Assembly: GCF_016888165.1 (NCBI RefSeq)
Contig: NZ_JACSWC010000299.1
Coordinates: forward strand, 46,193 to 110,192
Direction of reading: 5' to 3'
DNA from: Halomicronema sp. CCY15110
Lineage (GTDB): Bacteria; Cyanobacteriota; Cyanobacteriia; Phormidesmidales; Phormidesmidaceae
Length of the DNA stretch: 64,000 bases
Below are positions 50,034-58,134 of the stretch, in pieces. The translations under genes and the position numbers were made by a program. The notes beneath the pieces are model-generated. The model made no database searches and had not been told where the DNA came from. It saw only the letters and a program-made list of their open reading frames with translations. Position 1 is the stretch's first letter. Each line of letters starts with the position of its first letter.

Positions 50034-51392
50034 TCAGAAAAATTTCAGGTAGCGTTGGTGTTCCCAGTCGGAGATGTGGGTGTGGTAGTCCTCCCATTCT
50101 TGGCGTTTGAAATCGGTGTAGGTGCGATACATCAGCGGCCCCATCACCGCCTGGCTCAGCGGGTCACGCTCGAAGGCGTCAACCGCTTCTGACAGGGTGC
50201 GGGGCAGCAGATCGATGCCCATCGCATCCAGTTCCGGCAGGGTGTAGTTGTACATGTTTTCGGTGTGGGGATCGCCGGGGTCGAGTTCCTGTTCGATGCC
50301 CTCCAGTCCCGCTGCGAGCATCATCGCCGCCCCCAGGTACAGGTTGGTGGAAATATCGGCGGCGCGACACTCCACCCGTCCCCCCGCGAGGGGAATGCGG
50401 AGCATGTTGGTGCGGTTGTTGTTGCCGTAGCAAATGTAGACCGGGGCCCAGGTGAAGCCGGACATGCTGCCTTTGCGGATCAGGCGTTTGTAGCTATTGA
50501 CCGTGGGGCAGGTGACGGCGCAGATGGCTTTGGCATGGCGCAGGACGCCCGCGATGAACTGATAGCCGAGTTTCGAGAGCTGGCAGCCACGGGGATCACT
50601 GGGGTCTTCAAACAGGTTTTTGCCCGTCTCCAGATCGGCGAGGGACATGTTGTAGTGCGCGCCGCTGCCGGTGCGGTTGGCGAAAGGCTTAGGCATGAAG
50701 CTGGCGAAGTAGCCGTGTTTGCGCACAATTTCCTTCACCATGAGGCGAAAAAAGGTGAGGCGATCGCCCATGGTCAGCGCATCCGCGTAGGCAAAGTCGG
50801 TCTCAAACTGGCCGTTGGCATCTTCATGGTCAAAGGAATACACGTCCCAGCCGAGGTGGTTCATGGTGTCCACCAGTTCGGTAAGCCAGCCATAGTTGTC
50901 GAGCAGGCCGGTGAGGTCGTAGCAGGGCTTGGCCAGGGTGTCGCGATCGCTGATCGGCTCAAACCCCTGCTCGGTTTCTTTAAACACAAAGAATTCCGTC
51001 TCAATGCCCAGGTTGAACTTAAAGCCCAGGCTGGCGGCTTTGTCCAACATCCGCTTCAGAATGATGCGGGAACACGCCTCGAAGGGTTGACCGGACAGGT
51101 ACAGATCGCTGGCGAACCAGACCACTTCCTTATTCCACGGCAGGATGGTGGCGGACTGGGCATCGGGCATCGCCGCCACTTCTTCGTCGCTGATGTCCTG
51201 GGGCACGCCGTCCAGGGCCGCCCCGGTGAACAGTTCGGAGCCCTGCATCATTTGGCCCAGGTGGCTCAGGGGCACCATTTTGGCTTTCGACATGCCGTGA
51301 ATATCGACGTAGCTGGCGAGGGCATATTTGACGCCCTGGGATTCCAGCGAAGATTTGAGGGTGGCGATTTCGGCAATGGTGTCGGTGGTCAT
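50034..51392 (-). CDS. Glutamine synthetase family protein (type I-like catalytic domain, 452 aa)
   Basis: [11 protein letters not shown] beta-grasp/catalytic region. GS-like ATP-binding regions throughout. Confidence 0.85.
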   Translation of the reverse strand: MTTDTIAEIATLKSSLESQGVKYALASYVDIHGMSKAKMVPLSHLGQMMQGSELFTGAALDGVPQDISDEEVAAMPDAQSATILPWNKEVVWFASDLYLSGQPFEACSRIILKRMLDKAASLGFKFNLGIETEFFVFKETEQGFEPISDRDTLAKPCYDLTGLLDNYGWLTELVDTMNHLGWDVYSFDHEDANGQFETDFAYADALTMGDRLTFFRLMVKEIVRKHGYFASFMPKPFANRTGSGAHYNMSLADLETGKNLFEDPSDPRGCQLSKLGYQFIAGVLRHAKAICAVTCPTVNSYKRLIRKGSMSGFTWAPVYICYGNNNRTNMLRIPLAGGRVECRAADISTNLYLGAAMMLAAGLEGIEQELDPGDPHTENMYNYTLPELDAMGIDLLPRTLSEAVDAFERDPLSQAVMGPLMYRTYTDFKRQEWEDYHTHISDWEHQRYLKFF

Positions 51393-51515
51393 GGGTGGGT
51401 GGAGAAGGGGATGGCAGCGATGGTCGGTGAAACATTCGGGTGCGGTAGGGGCGAGGCATTCTCGTTTGAAATGTTGTGGTTGAGGCTTAAAAGTTACTGC
51501 GAGAATGCCTCGCCC

Positions 51516-51896
51516 CTACGGGATGGGGGAATTGGGCGATCGCGCAGTCTGGGCATATTGCACGCGATCGATTTTGAGTTCCCGACCGGAGCGAATATCG
51601 TCGAGGGGCGATCGGCAGGTGGGGCAGGCATATTGCTGCCCGATTTCGGGACGGTATTCGGCCTGGCAGGGGTGGCAAAAGGCGATCAGCGGCGTTTCTT
51701 GAATCACCAGTTCGGCCCCATCGAGAAAGGTGCCCCGCGTCTGCACCTCAAAGGCGAACTGCAAGCTGGCGGGTTCGACGCAGGTGAACTTGCCCACAGT
51801 GAGAAACACCTTTTCTACGGGCGGGCGATCGGGCTGCGACTCCCACCAGTCTCGCAGGGTGATGACGAGGGCCTTGGTCATGTCGGTTTCGTGCAT
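51516..51896 (-). CDS. hypA: HypA-like Ni-insertion protein (GhaA-like)
   Basis: MHE N-terminus. Zinc finger CHPC...CPTC. Length approx 126 aa. Confidence 0.8.
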   Translation of the reverse strand: MHETDMTKALVITLRDWWESQPDRPPVEKVFLTVGKFTCVEPASLQFAFEVQTRGTFLDGAELVIQETPLIAFCHPCQAEYRPEIGQQYACPTCRSPLDDIRSGRELKIDRVQYAQTARSPNSPIP

Positions 51897-52180
51897 GGCG
51901 GCGGTAGGAGTGTGAGGGTGAATGGGTGGTTGGGTAGGGGGTGGCTGGGTAGGGGGTGGGAGAGTGAGTGAAGTGGGTGGGGTGAAGGGTAGGTGAGCTT
52001 GGTGTGTGATGGAAGCCTTACGCAATCAGGCTGAAATCCTCGATTTCTCGTTTCCAAGGTTGGGATTTACAAAAAAATCAGATCACTTCCGAACGATTTT
52101 TCCATTCGCCTACATCACCCACTCCACCTATTACCACCCTGCTACCCCCACACCCTGCCACCCTCACACACTTCTACTCC
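51897..52180. repeat. Two octamer-repeat arrays (G-rich then C-rich orientation) flanking an approx 110 bp spacer between hypA-like and gdmH
   Basis: gtgagggtgaatgggtggttgggtagggggtggctgggtagggggtggg ... and ccaccctgctacccccacaccctgccaccctcacaca, read directly. Confidence 0.55.
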
Positions 52181-53346
52181 CACGCCTGATCAACGTTCAT
52201 ATTCGCCTCGTCGCTGATATAGTCCGGCTTCTCCTGGCGAGGTAGCTGACCGGAGACGACCAGATGGGCCATGGTGTCGCAGATGACGCGGGTGGCCATG
52301 AGAGCAGTCATGTCACTGACATCGTAGGGGGGCGAGACTTCCACGATTTCGATGCCGCAAACGGTGGTTTCCTGCACGATGCGTTTGAGCAGGTGCAGGG
52401 CTTCGCGGGGCATCAGGCCGCCGGGTTCGGGCCAGCCGGTGCCGGGGACAAAGCCCGCATCAATGCAGTCAATGTCGAAGCTGATCCACACGCAGTCGGT
52501 ACCGTCGGTGGCTTTTTCAATGGCAAAATCAGCCGCCGCATCTAGGCCCATTTCCATAATGTCGGTGACGGTGAGGATGTTGGTGCCGCGCTCGCGACAG
52601 ACTTTGACGCCCTGCCGGGGGACTTGCCAGCCACCGATGCCGAGCTGCACGAGATTTTCGGCGGGCGCGTTGGCCATGTTGGTGGCGTGGAACCAAGGGC
52701 AGGTGTGCATCCGTTCGTCGAGGTCGGTTTCCTGGGTGTCGACGTGGCGATCGAAGTGGATGATGCCGACTTTTTTATCCCCTAAATGACGGCAGACGCC
52801 GCGCACGGTGGGGAAGCCGATGGAGTGGTCGCCACCCATAATGATCGGGAAGGCCCCGGAGCTGAAAATGTGGGCAATGCCTTTGGAAATTTGGTCAAAG
52901 GATTTTTCATTATTGGCGGGAATGGTGAACACGTCGCCCACATCGCAGAGGGTGATTTGCTCCCGCAGATCGACCCCGAGCTCAAAGTTGTAGGGGGTGT
53001 AGAGGGCGGAGATTTTGCGGATGCCCTGGGGGCCAAAGCGGGTGCCGGGGCGGTAGGTGGTGCCAGAGTCGTGGGGCACGCCGACGATCGCGACATCGTA
53101 GTTCCCCACCTTCCGCACATCTTCTAAATAGGGCGCTTTGAGGAAGGTGTTGATGCCCGCGTAGTGGGGCAACTCGCCGCGTGAAAAGGTGGGAATGGTG
53201 CGATCGCGAATGCTCTCTGCCGCCTCTAGCCCGTAGGTCAAACCTTGGTCAACTTCTTGTTGCCAGCCCGTCATGGGCAAGCGCGCTTCCTTTTGCAACG
53301 CCTCATTGGCCTCACTGGGGCGGCGAAAGGTGGGTTCATCCGTCAT
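52174..53346 (-). CDS. gdmH: Ureohydrolase (arginase/agmatinase family), putative Ni-dependent guanidine hydrolase
   Basis: Agmatinase-family motifs GGDHSI, DAH-type metal ligands (HFDRHVD, SFDIDCID). Start at MTDEP ATG 53346 with RBS aaggag (gives 390 aa). Sits downstream of a guanidine-I riboswitch and upstream of hypA/hypB-like genes. Confidence 0.7.
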   Translation of the reverse strand: MTDEPTFRRPSEANEALQKEARLPMTGWQQEVDQGLTYGLEAAESIRDRTIPTFSRGELPHYAGINTFLKAPYLEDVRKVGNYDVAIVGVPHDSGTTYRPGTRFGPQGIRKISALYTPYNFELGVDLREQITLCDVGDVFTIPANNEKSFDQISKGIAHIFSSGAFPIIMGGDHSIGFPTVRGVCRHLGDKKVGIIHFDRHVDTQETDLDERMHTCPWFHATNMANAPAENLVQLGIGGWQVPRQGVKVCRERGTNILTVTDIMEMGLDAAADFAIEKATDGTDCVWISFDIDCIDAGFVPGTGWPEPGGLMPREALHLLKRIVQETTVCGIEIVEVSPPYDVSDMTALMATRVICDTMAHLVVSGQLPRQEKPDYISDEANMNVDQAWE

Positions 53347-53390
53347 CACAATCTCCTTTGACAGGTCATTTGCCAGCGTATTCAGCACCA

Positions 53391-53444
53391 AAACGAAAGC
53401 CCGAGAGGGCGACAGAGACAAGATCTCTATCTAACCTCCCGGGC
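53391..53444 (-). terminator. Intrinsic terminator of the riboswitch expression platform (GCCCGGGAGG ... CCCUCUCGGGC + UUUCGUUUU)
   Basis: The stem's 5' arm overlaps the conserved 3' end of the aptamer. A U-tract follows. Read from the minus strand. Confidence 0.6.
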
Positions 53445-53568
53445 TTTTATCCCGCCGTGTACTGGCAAAAAGTCTGAGGCATGCTTAGCCAAACCTTGAA
53501 CCAGCCGCTTCTCTCGGACCAGACATTCAAACCGTGCAAGCCAGCCTGAATCGGAACCCTAGAAGCTA
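53435..53568 (-). promoter_or_regulatory. Guanidine-I riboswitch (ykkC class)
   Basis: Minus strand reads CUAGGGUUCCG ... CUGGUCCGAGAG ... ACACGGCGGGAUAAAAGCCCGGGAGG. This matches the ykkC conserved blocks in order and spacing. Confidence 0.85.
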
Positions 53569-54040
53569 ACCATAACCCCCTCAGTACGGGGAATTGAAAA
53601 CTGAATATCTGCATTAATACCAAGCGAACTGTGAGCGGACCGTAGCTGAGGCTACGGAAGTTTTATTTGGTCGGCAGCGATCGCCGCGCGATCGCGTGCT
53701 CACGACTCTGGCGGCCCAGCGGCTGAGTTTATGAATCTTTTTGAAGTTTGACGCGGCGCTGGGGCGGGGCGGCGGGCGGCTGTATCGAGCGGAGAGGGTA
53801 AGCGCCAGCCCTTGCCAGTCAAGGCTTTTGGTGGCCTTGGTGCAGATGTGGCAAGGGGCGATCGCGGGGGTGAGTGAGCCGGGCAGGGCGGGCGGTTGCC
53901 CGATCGCCACAGGACTGAGGGCGCGATCGCCGCAGACACAACAATGAAGGGTAGAATAATCATCCTGTGACTACGCGACCCCCTTGTCCAGCTTAAGTTT
54001 GTCCCTCTGTAATTAGCGTTAACGCTTCTGCTTCAACGAC

Positions 54041-55213
54041 ATGCTCAATCCCAACCTCGATGAAATTCAACTGCATCCAGAGGAGTACGAGCGCTTTTCC
54101 AGGCACCTGATTCTGCCCGAAGTGGGTCTGGAAGGGCAAAAGCGCCTGAAGGCGGCTAGCGTACTCTGCATTGGTACCGGCGGTCTCGGCTCGCCCCTAC
54201 TGCTATATTTGGCCGCAGCGGGCATTGGCCGCATCGGCATCGTCGATTTCGATATTGTGGATAAGTCGAACCTGCAACGACAGGTCATCCACGGCACCTC
54301 GTGGGTCGGCAAGCCCAAAATCGAATCGGCTAAAGATCGCATTCAGGAAATCAACCCCTTTTGCCAGGTCGATCTCTATGAAACGCGCCTCTCGTCGGAG
54401 AATGCTCTCGACATTATCGAACCCTACGACGTGGTGGTCGATGGCACCGACAACTTCCCCACCCGCTATCTGGTCAACGACGCCTGTGTGCTGCTAAACA
54501 AGCCCAACGTCTACGGTTCGATCTTCCGGTTTGAGGGTCAGGCCACCGTATTCAACTACGAAGATGGCCCCAACTATCGCGACCTCTACCCCGAGCCGCC
54601 GCCACCCGGCATGGTACCTTCCTGCGCGGAAGGCGGCGTCCTCGGCATTTTGCCGGGCATCATCGGCGTCATCCAAGCGACGGAAACGGTGAAAATCATC
54701 ATCGGCAAAGGCCGCACCCTCAGCGGTCGCCTGTTGCTGTACAACTCTCTGGATATGACCTTCCGGGAATTGAAACTACGGCCTAATCCGGTGCGCCCCG
54801 TCATTGAAGAGCTGATCGACTATGAGCAGTTCTGCGGCATTCCCCAAGCGAAGGCGGCTGAGGAAGCGGAGCAGTCCGCCGTGCCAGAAATGAGCGTGAA
54901 AGAGCTGAAGGCCCTGCTCGATGCGAAAGGCGACAACGTCCTGCTGCTAGATGTGCGGAACCCCCATGAGTGGGAGATCGCCCAGATTCCCGGGGCGGTG
55001 CTGGTGCCCCTACCCGACATCGAAAAGGGTGAGGGTGTGGACAAGGTGAAGTCACTGCTCAACGGTCACGAGCTGGTAGTTCACTGTCGATCGGGAGTGC
55101 GATCGGCCAAGGCCCTCGGCATCCTGAAAGAAAGCGGCATCACTGGCACCAACGTCGCGGGCGGCATCCTCGCCTGGAGCGAAGAAATCGACCCCTCCGT
55201 CCCGCAGTATTAA
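54041..55213 (+). CDS. moeB: Molybdopterin-synthase adenylyltransferase MoeB/MoeZ (ThiF/E1-like + rhodanese domain)
   Basis: RFSRHLILPEVGLEGQKRLKAASVLCIGTGGLGSPLLLYLAAAGIG nucleotide-binding motif. CxxC pairs. C-terminal rhodanese domain with CRSGVRS active-site loop. Confidence 0.9.
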   Translation: MLNPNLDEIQLHPEEYERFSRHLILPEVGLEGQKRLKAASVLCIGTGGLGSPLLLYLAAAGIGRIGIVDFDIVDKSNLQRQVIHGTSWVGKPKIESAKDRIQEINPFCQVDLYETRLSSENALDIIEPYDVVVDGTDNFPTRYLVNDACVLLNKPNVYGSIFRFEGQATVFNYEDGPNYRDLYPEPPPPGMVPSCAEGGVLGILPGIIGVIQATETVKIIIGKGRTLSGRLLLYNSLDMTFRELKLRPNPVRPVIEELIDYEQFCGIPQAKAAEEAEQSAVPEMSVKELKALLDAKGDNVLLLDVRNPHEWEIAQIPGAVLVPLPDIEKGEGVDKVKSLLNGHELVVHCRSGVRSAKALGILKESGITGTNVAGGILAWSEEIDPSVPQY

Positions 55214-55215
55214 CT
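55127..55215. repeat. Direct repeat copy 1 (intact moeB 3' end)
   Basis: aaagaaagcggcatcactggcaccaacgtcgcgggcggcatcctcgcctggagcgaagaaatcgacccctccgtcccgcagtattaact is repeated at 55874-55960. Confidence 0.75.
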
Positions 55216-55298
55216 CAGCCGGGTCAATTCAACGACAGTTAGGGTAGGCAGTGCTTACCCTAACTGTTAGGTTTAGGCATACGCGAAGCGAGGTAGAC

Positions 55299-55520
55299 AT
55301 GCCTACTGCGATTCAAGAAATCTATAGTCGCGTTTTGTCGACGTTATCCCCTACTGAGCGTCTACAACTGGCAACTCTGATCCTCAATAGCTTGGTTCAG
55401 GAAAATGCTGCCATAGATGACAGCGACACCTGGACAGAACAAGATCAACTCGATCTAACGACCTTTTCTTTGCAGTACGCGATGACTGCGTTTTCTGAAG
55501 ATAGCGAGATTGCTGAGTGA
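55299..55520 (+). CDS. Putative antitoxin
   Basis: Small acidic protein immediately upstream of the MazF-like gene, overlapping it by 4 nt (ATGA). Start uncertain (track start 55251, internal ATG 55299). Confidence 0.45.
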   Translation: MPTAIQEIYSRVLSTLSPTERLQLATLILNSLVQENAAIDDSDTWTEQDQLDLTTFSLQYAMTAFSEDSEIAE

Positions 55521-55846
55521 GTTATCAGCCAGGTGATGTCGTAACGGTTGATTTCCCTGGTGTGACGGGCGTGAAGCGTCGCCCAGCAGTGGTTTTATCT
55601 TCCCACGAATATCATGCCATTCGCCCCGACATCATCCTTGGCCTAATCACCTCTCAGACCAAGAATTTGGGCGTCACGGATTGCGTGCTTCAGGACTGGC
55701 AGGCAGCGGGATTGCGAGTGCCATCCATTTTTCGCAGCTTCATTGTGACATTGCCCCGCTCAGCCAATTTGAGTGTGGTTGGGCACTTGTCGTCACAGGA
55801 CTGGCAAGGCATCATTGCTTGTGTAAAAGTTGCTCTAGCTGAATAG
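55517..55846 (+). CDS. MazF/PemK-family toxin (type II TA endoribonuclease)
   Basis: GDVVTVDFPGVTGVKRRPAVVLSS...IILGLITSQ is the PemK/MazF signature. Confidence 0.75.
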   Translation: MSYQPGDVVTVDFPGVTGVKRRPAVVLSSHEYHAIRPDIILGLITSQTKNLGVTDCVLQDWQAAGLRVPSIFRSFIVTLPRSANLSVVGHLSSQDWQGIIACVKVALAE

Positions 55847-55873
55847 CCAGCGCTAACTCATACATTATCCTCA

Positions 55874-55960
55874 AAGAAAGCGGCATCACTGGCACCAACG
55901 TCGCAGGCGGCACCTCGCCTGGAGCGAAGAAATCGCCCCCTCCGTCCCGCAATATTAACT
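55874..55960. repeat. Direct repeat copy 2 (decayed duplicate of the moeB 3' end, 1-nt deletion and substitutions)
   Basis: aaagaaagcggcatcactggcaccaacgtcgcaggcggcacctcgcctggagcgaagaaatcgccccctccgtcccgcaatattaact. Confidence 0.75.
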
Positions 55961-56132
55961 TGACCTAATTAGTTCAGTGATTAGAAGGGTGGGTATTTGC
56001 TCACCCTGTTTCTTATTAGCAAGCCCCTCAACTCAAAATGTCATCCCAGGGTGTTGAAGAGTGAAACATTTCGGGAAATATTGTGGAAATAATTAAATTT
56101 TCACCTTCCAAAACTAAGCAGGAGACGCAGAT

Positions 56133-57107
56133 ATGATTGATGGGATAGACCAACTTATTGCACTTTATGGAAACCCACATAAATTTGTGAAAGCTTTTTT
56201 AGAAAGCACTTTGTTCATGCCGCCAGAGATCGTTCAGCAAAGAAATCAAGAAATGATCGAAGCTTATAAAGCTGGCGGCAAGTTTCCTATCCGGTATTCT
56301 CCATCTCATCATGAGGCTTTGGGCGTTAGAAATAAAGCAGAAGCTATTGTCTTAACAAGAGAAAATGAAACTCACTTGCCTGCTTATCCATCTTTCAATA
56401 TCAAAATTGACAACGATGGAAATCATGAGAATAGACGTTCTATAAAAAGATATCTTGGCCAAACTATTAGTACAGGCAAACATAGCACAGTAAAGAATTA
56501 CATTATTTCCCACGTATGGGGACTGGCTTCTCACCCACTGTTCTTCTCTTCTTTATGGAATATTGTATTGATCCCAGCTCATTTTAATTATTTAATGGAT
56601 AAGGACCCAGAATCGCATCCTGTGGTGAAGACAGTCAAAGAATCAATCCAGCAAAAATGTATTTCTATGTATCGGTTTTGTGAGCAGCTTGCTCCCGAAA
56701 TCTCAGAAATTGAAGAATTTAGAAGTCTGTTCTTTGTGAAACACAGCCAGGAGGATGAACCGCAATATAGCATTGCATTTTTAACGAGAGAAGGTGTCGA
56801 GCGACAACAAAAAGAGATTTCTATATCTGAAGACGAACAGGTTCTGCTTGAAAGGCTTCTAAGTAAGATGGGCAAGAAATTCTTCATTGACTATTACGAG
56901 TCTTACGCAAGCGGCGAAGACTTAATGAAAGTAATTCCGATCGGTCTTTATACTTACAGCTCGATTCAAACAAGAATTAGTACAATGAGGCGAATCTTTC
57001 GCGAAAATCTCAATCTTAAGGCTTTAGTCTATATTCTGAGCAAGGATCAGTCGAAACTCGATGACGCATCTATTGAGTTGGCGAAAGATTTAGTTGAATT
57101 AGACTGA
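56133..57107 (+). CDS. Hypothetical protein in a low-GC islet; possible HNH-like nuclease motif
   Basis: Region approx 56000-57110 is clearly AT-rich versus the flanks. Motif SHVWGLASHPLFFSSLWNIVLIPAHFN has an H...N...H spacing compatible with an HNH fold (weak). Confidence 0.45.
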   Translation: MIDGIDQLIALYGNPHKFVKAFLESTLFMPPEIVQQRNQEMIEAYKAGGKFPIRYSPSHHEALGVRNKAEAIVLTRENETHLPAYPSFNIKIDNDGNHENRRSIKRYLGQTISTGKHSTVKNYIISHVWGLASHPLFFSSLWNIVLIPAHFNYLMDKDPESHPVVKTVKESIQQKCISMYRFCEQLAPEISEIEEFRSLFFVKHSQEDEPQYSIAFLTREGVERQQKEISISEDEQVLLERLLSKMGKKFFIDYYESYASGEDLMKVIPIGLYTYSSIQTRISTMRRIFRENLNLKALVYILSKDQSKLDDASIELAKDLVELD

Positions 57108-57501
57108 TAAAAGTGAATGTCTCTGTCGAGGTTTATGGCAGCATACTTATGAAAGAATATTGTCTCTTTAAATGTAACTTAAAAATGGGAAGCGATCGCT
57201 ATCTCCGAGTTGCAGGATGATGACGATATCGCGTTCACCTCTACCCTTTAAGAAGTCAACCTTCGCCAGAGATGTCGCAAGGCGTTACACGAAGCACACT
57301 ACAGCTTCGTTATAATCCGACTAAGGCTGGATAGCCTTACTTTTATGACTGAACTTTTAGAGCAGGCGATCGCGCAACTCAGGAACCTGGATGCGGATAG
57401 GCAAGCTGCGATCGCCCCACTCCCCACAAACTCAACTACTGGCAGCGATCGCGATGTTGCATAATTTTGCTGCACTTCACCGTTGAGCCAGGAACGAAAA
57501 G

Positions 57502-58080
57502 ATGACCAAGCGATGCGAATGGTGCGGCGACGACCCGCTCTACGTCTCCTACCATGATCATGAATGGGGCATCCCGATTCATGACGATCGGCTGTTGTTT
57601 GAGTTCTTGATTCTAGAGGGGGCGCAGGCGGGGTTGAGTTGGCTCACCATCCTGAAGAAACGCGAGAACTATCGCAAGGCATTTCACAACTTCGACTGTG
57701 AACAGATTGCCAGCTACACAGAAGCAGACGTGGCACGTTTACTTTCCGATTCCGGCATTGTCCGCAATCGACTCAAGATCGAATCAGCCATCAAGAACGC
57801 CCGCGCCGTCCTGAGTATTCAAGCGGAATTTGGCTCACTGGACGCTTATCTCTGGCGCTACGTCGATGGCATTCCCCAGCAAAATGCGTGGCAATCCATG
57901 GCGAAAGTTCCAGTCAAAACAGAACTCTCGGACATGATGAGCAAAGATTTGAAAAAACGAGGATGCAACTTCGTCGGTTCAACGATCTGCTATGCATTTA
58001 TGCAAGCAGTGGGCATGGTGAACGACCACACAACCGACTGCTTTCGTTACGAAGAAATTAAGGAATTGACCAAACCGTGA
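57502..58080 (+). CDS. tag: DNA-3-methyladenine glycosylase I
   Basis: CEWCGDDPLYVSYHDHEWGIPIHDDRLLFEFLILEGAQAGLSWLTIL is the Tag signature, including the Zn-binding Cys/His. Confidence 0.85.
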   Translation: MTKRCEWCGDDPLYVSYHDHEWGIPIHDDRLLFEFLILEGAQAGLSWLTILKKRENYRKAFHNFDCEQIASYTEADVARLLSDSGIVRNRLKIESAIKNARAVLSIQAEFGSLDAYLWRYVDGIPQQNAWQSMAKVPVKTELSDMMSKDLKKRGCNFVGSTICYAFMQAVGMVNDHTTDCFRYEEIKELTKP

Positions 58081-58134
58081 ATGGACGATCGCGATCGCGA
58101 CTCATTACCCCCAACAGCCACCGGAATCGTGAAT

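Noticed and set aside
49977-50097. N-terminal 40-aa extension of the hypB-like track ORF overlapping the GS-like gene
   Set aside because: The extension has no HypB features and overlaps the upstream gene by 64 bp. The internal MHQ start gives a conventional HypB length. Also, my hand reading of the a-run at 50037-50042 did not reproduce the track frame. I therefore rely on the track for this stretch.
50265-51971. 568-aa plus-strand ORF spanning the GS-like and hypA-like genes
   Set aside because: Antisense to two genes with clear family signatures. Gly/Ala-rich low-complexity translation.
52006-52245. 79-aa ORF between octamer-repeat arrays
   Set aside because: Sits in repeat-flanked intergenic spacer and overlaps the gdmH 3' end. 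Low-complexity.
57345-57499. 51-aa small ORF (MTELLEQAIAQLRNLDADRQAAIA...) upstream of tag
   Set aside because: Below the size where I can judge coding potential. It contains two HIP1 sites and overlaps the tag start region. Left uncalled.
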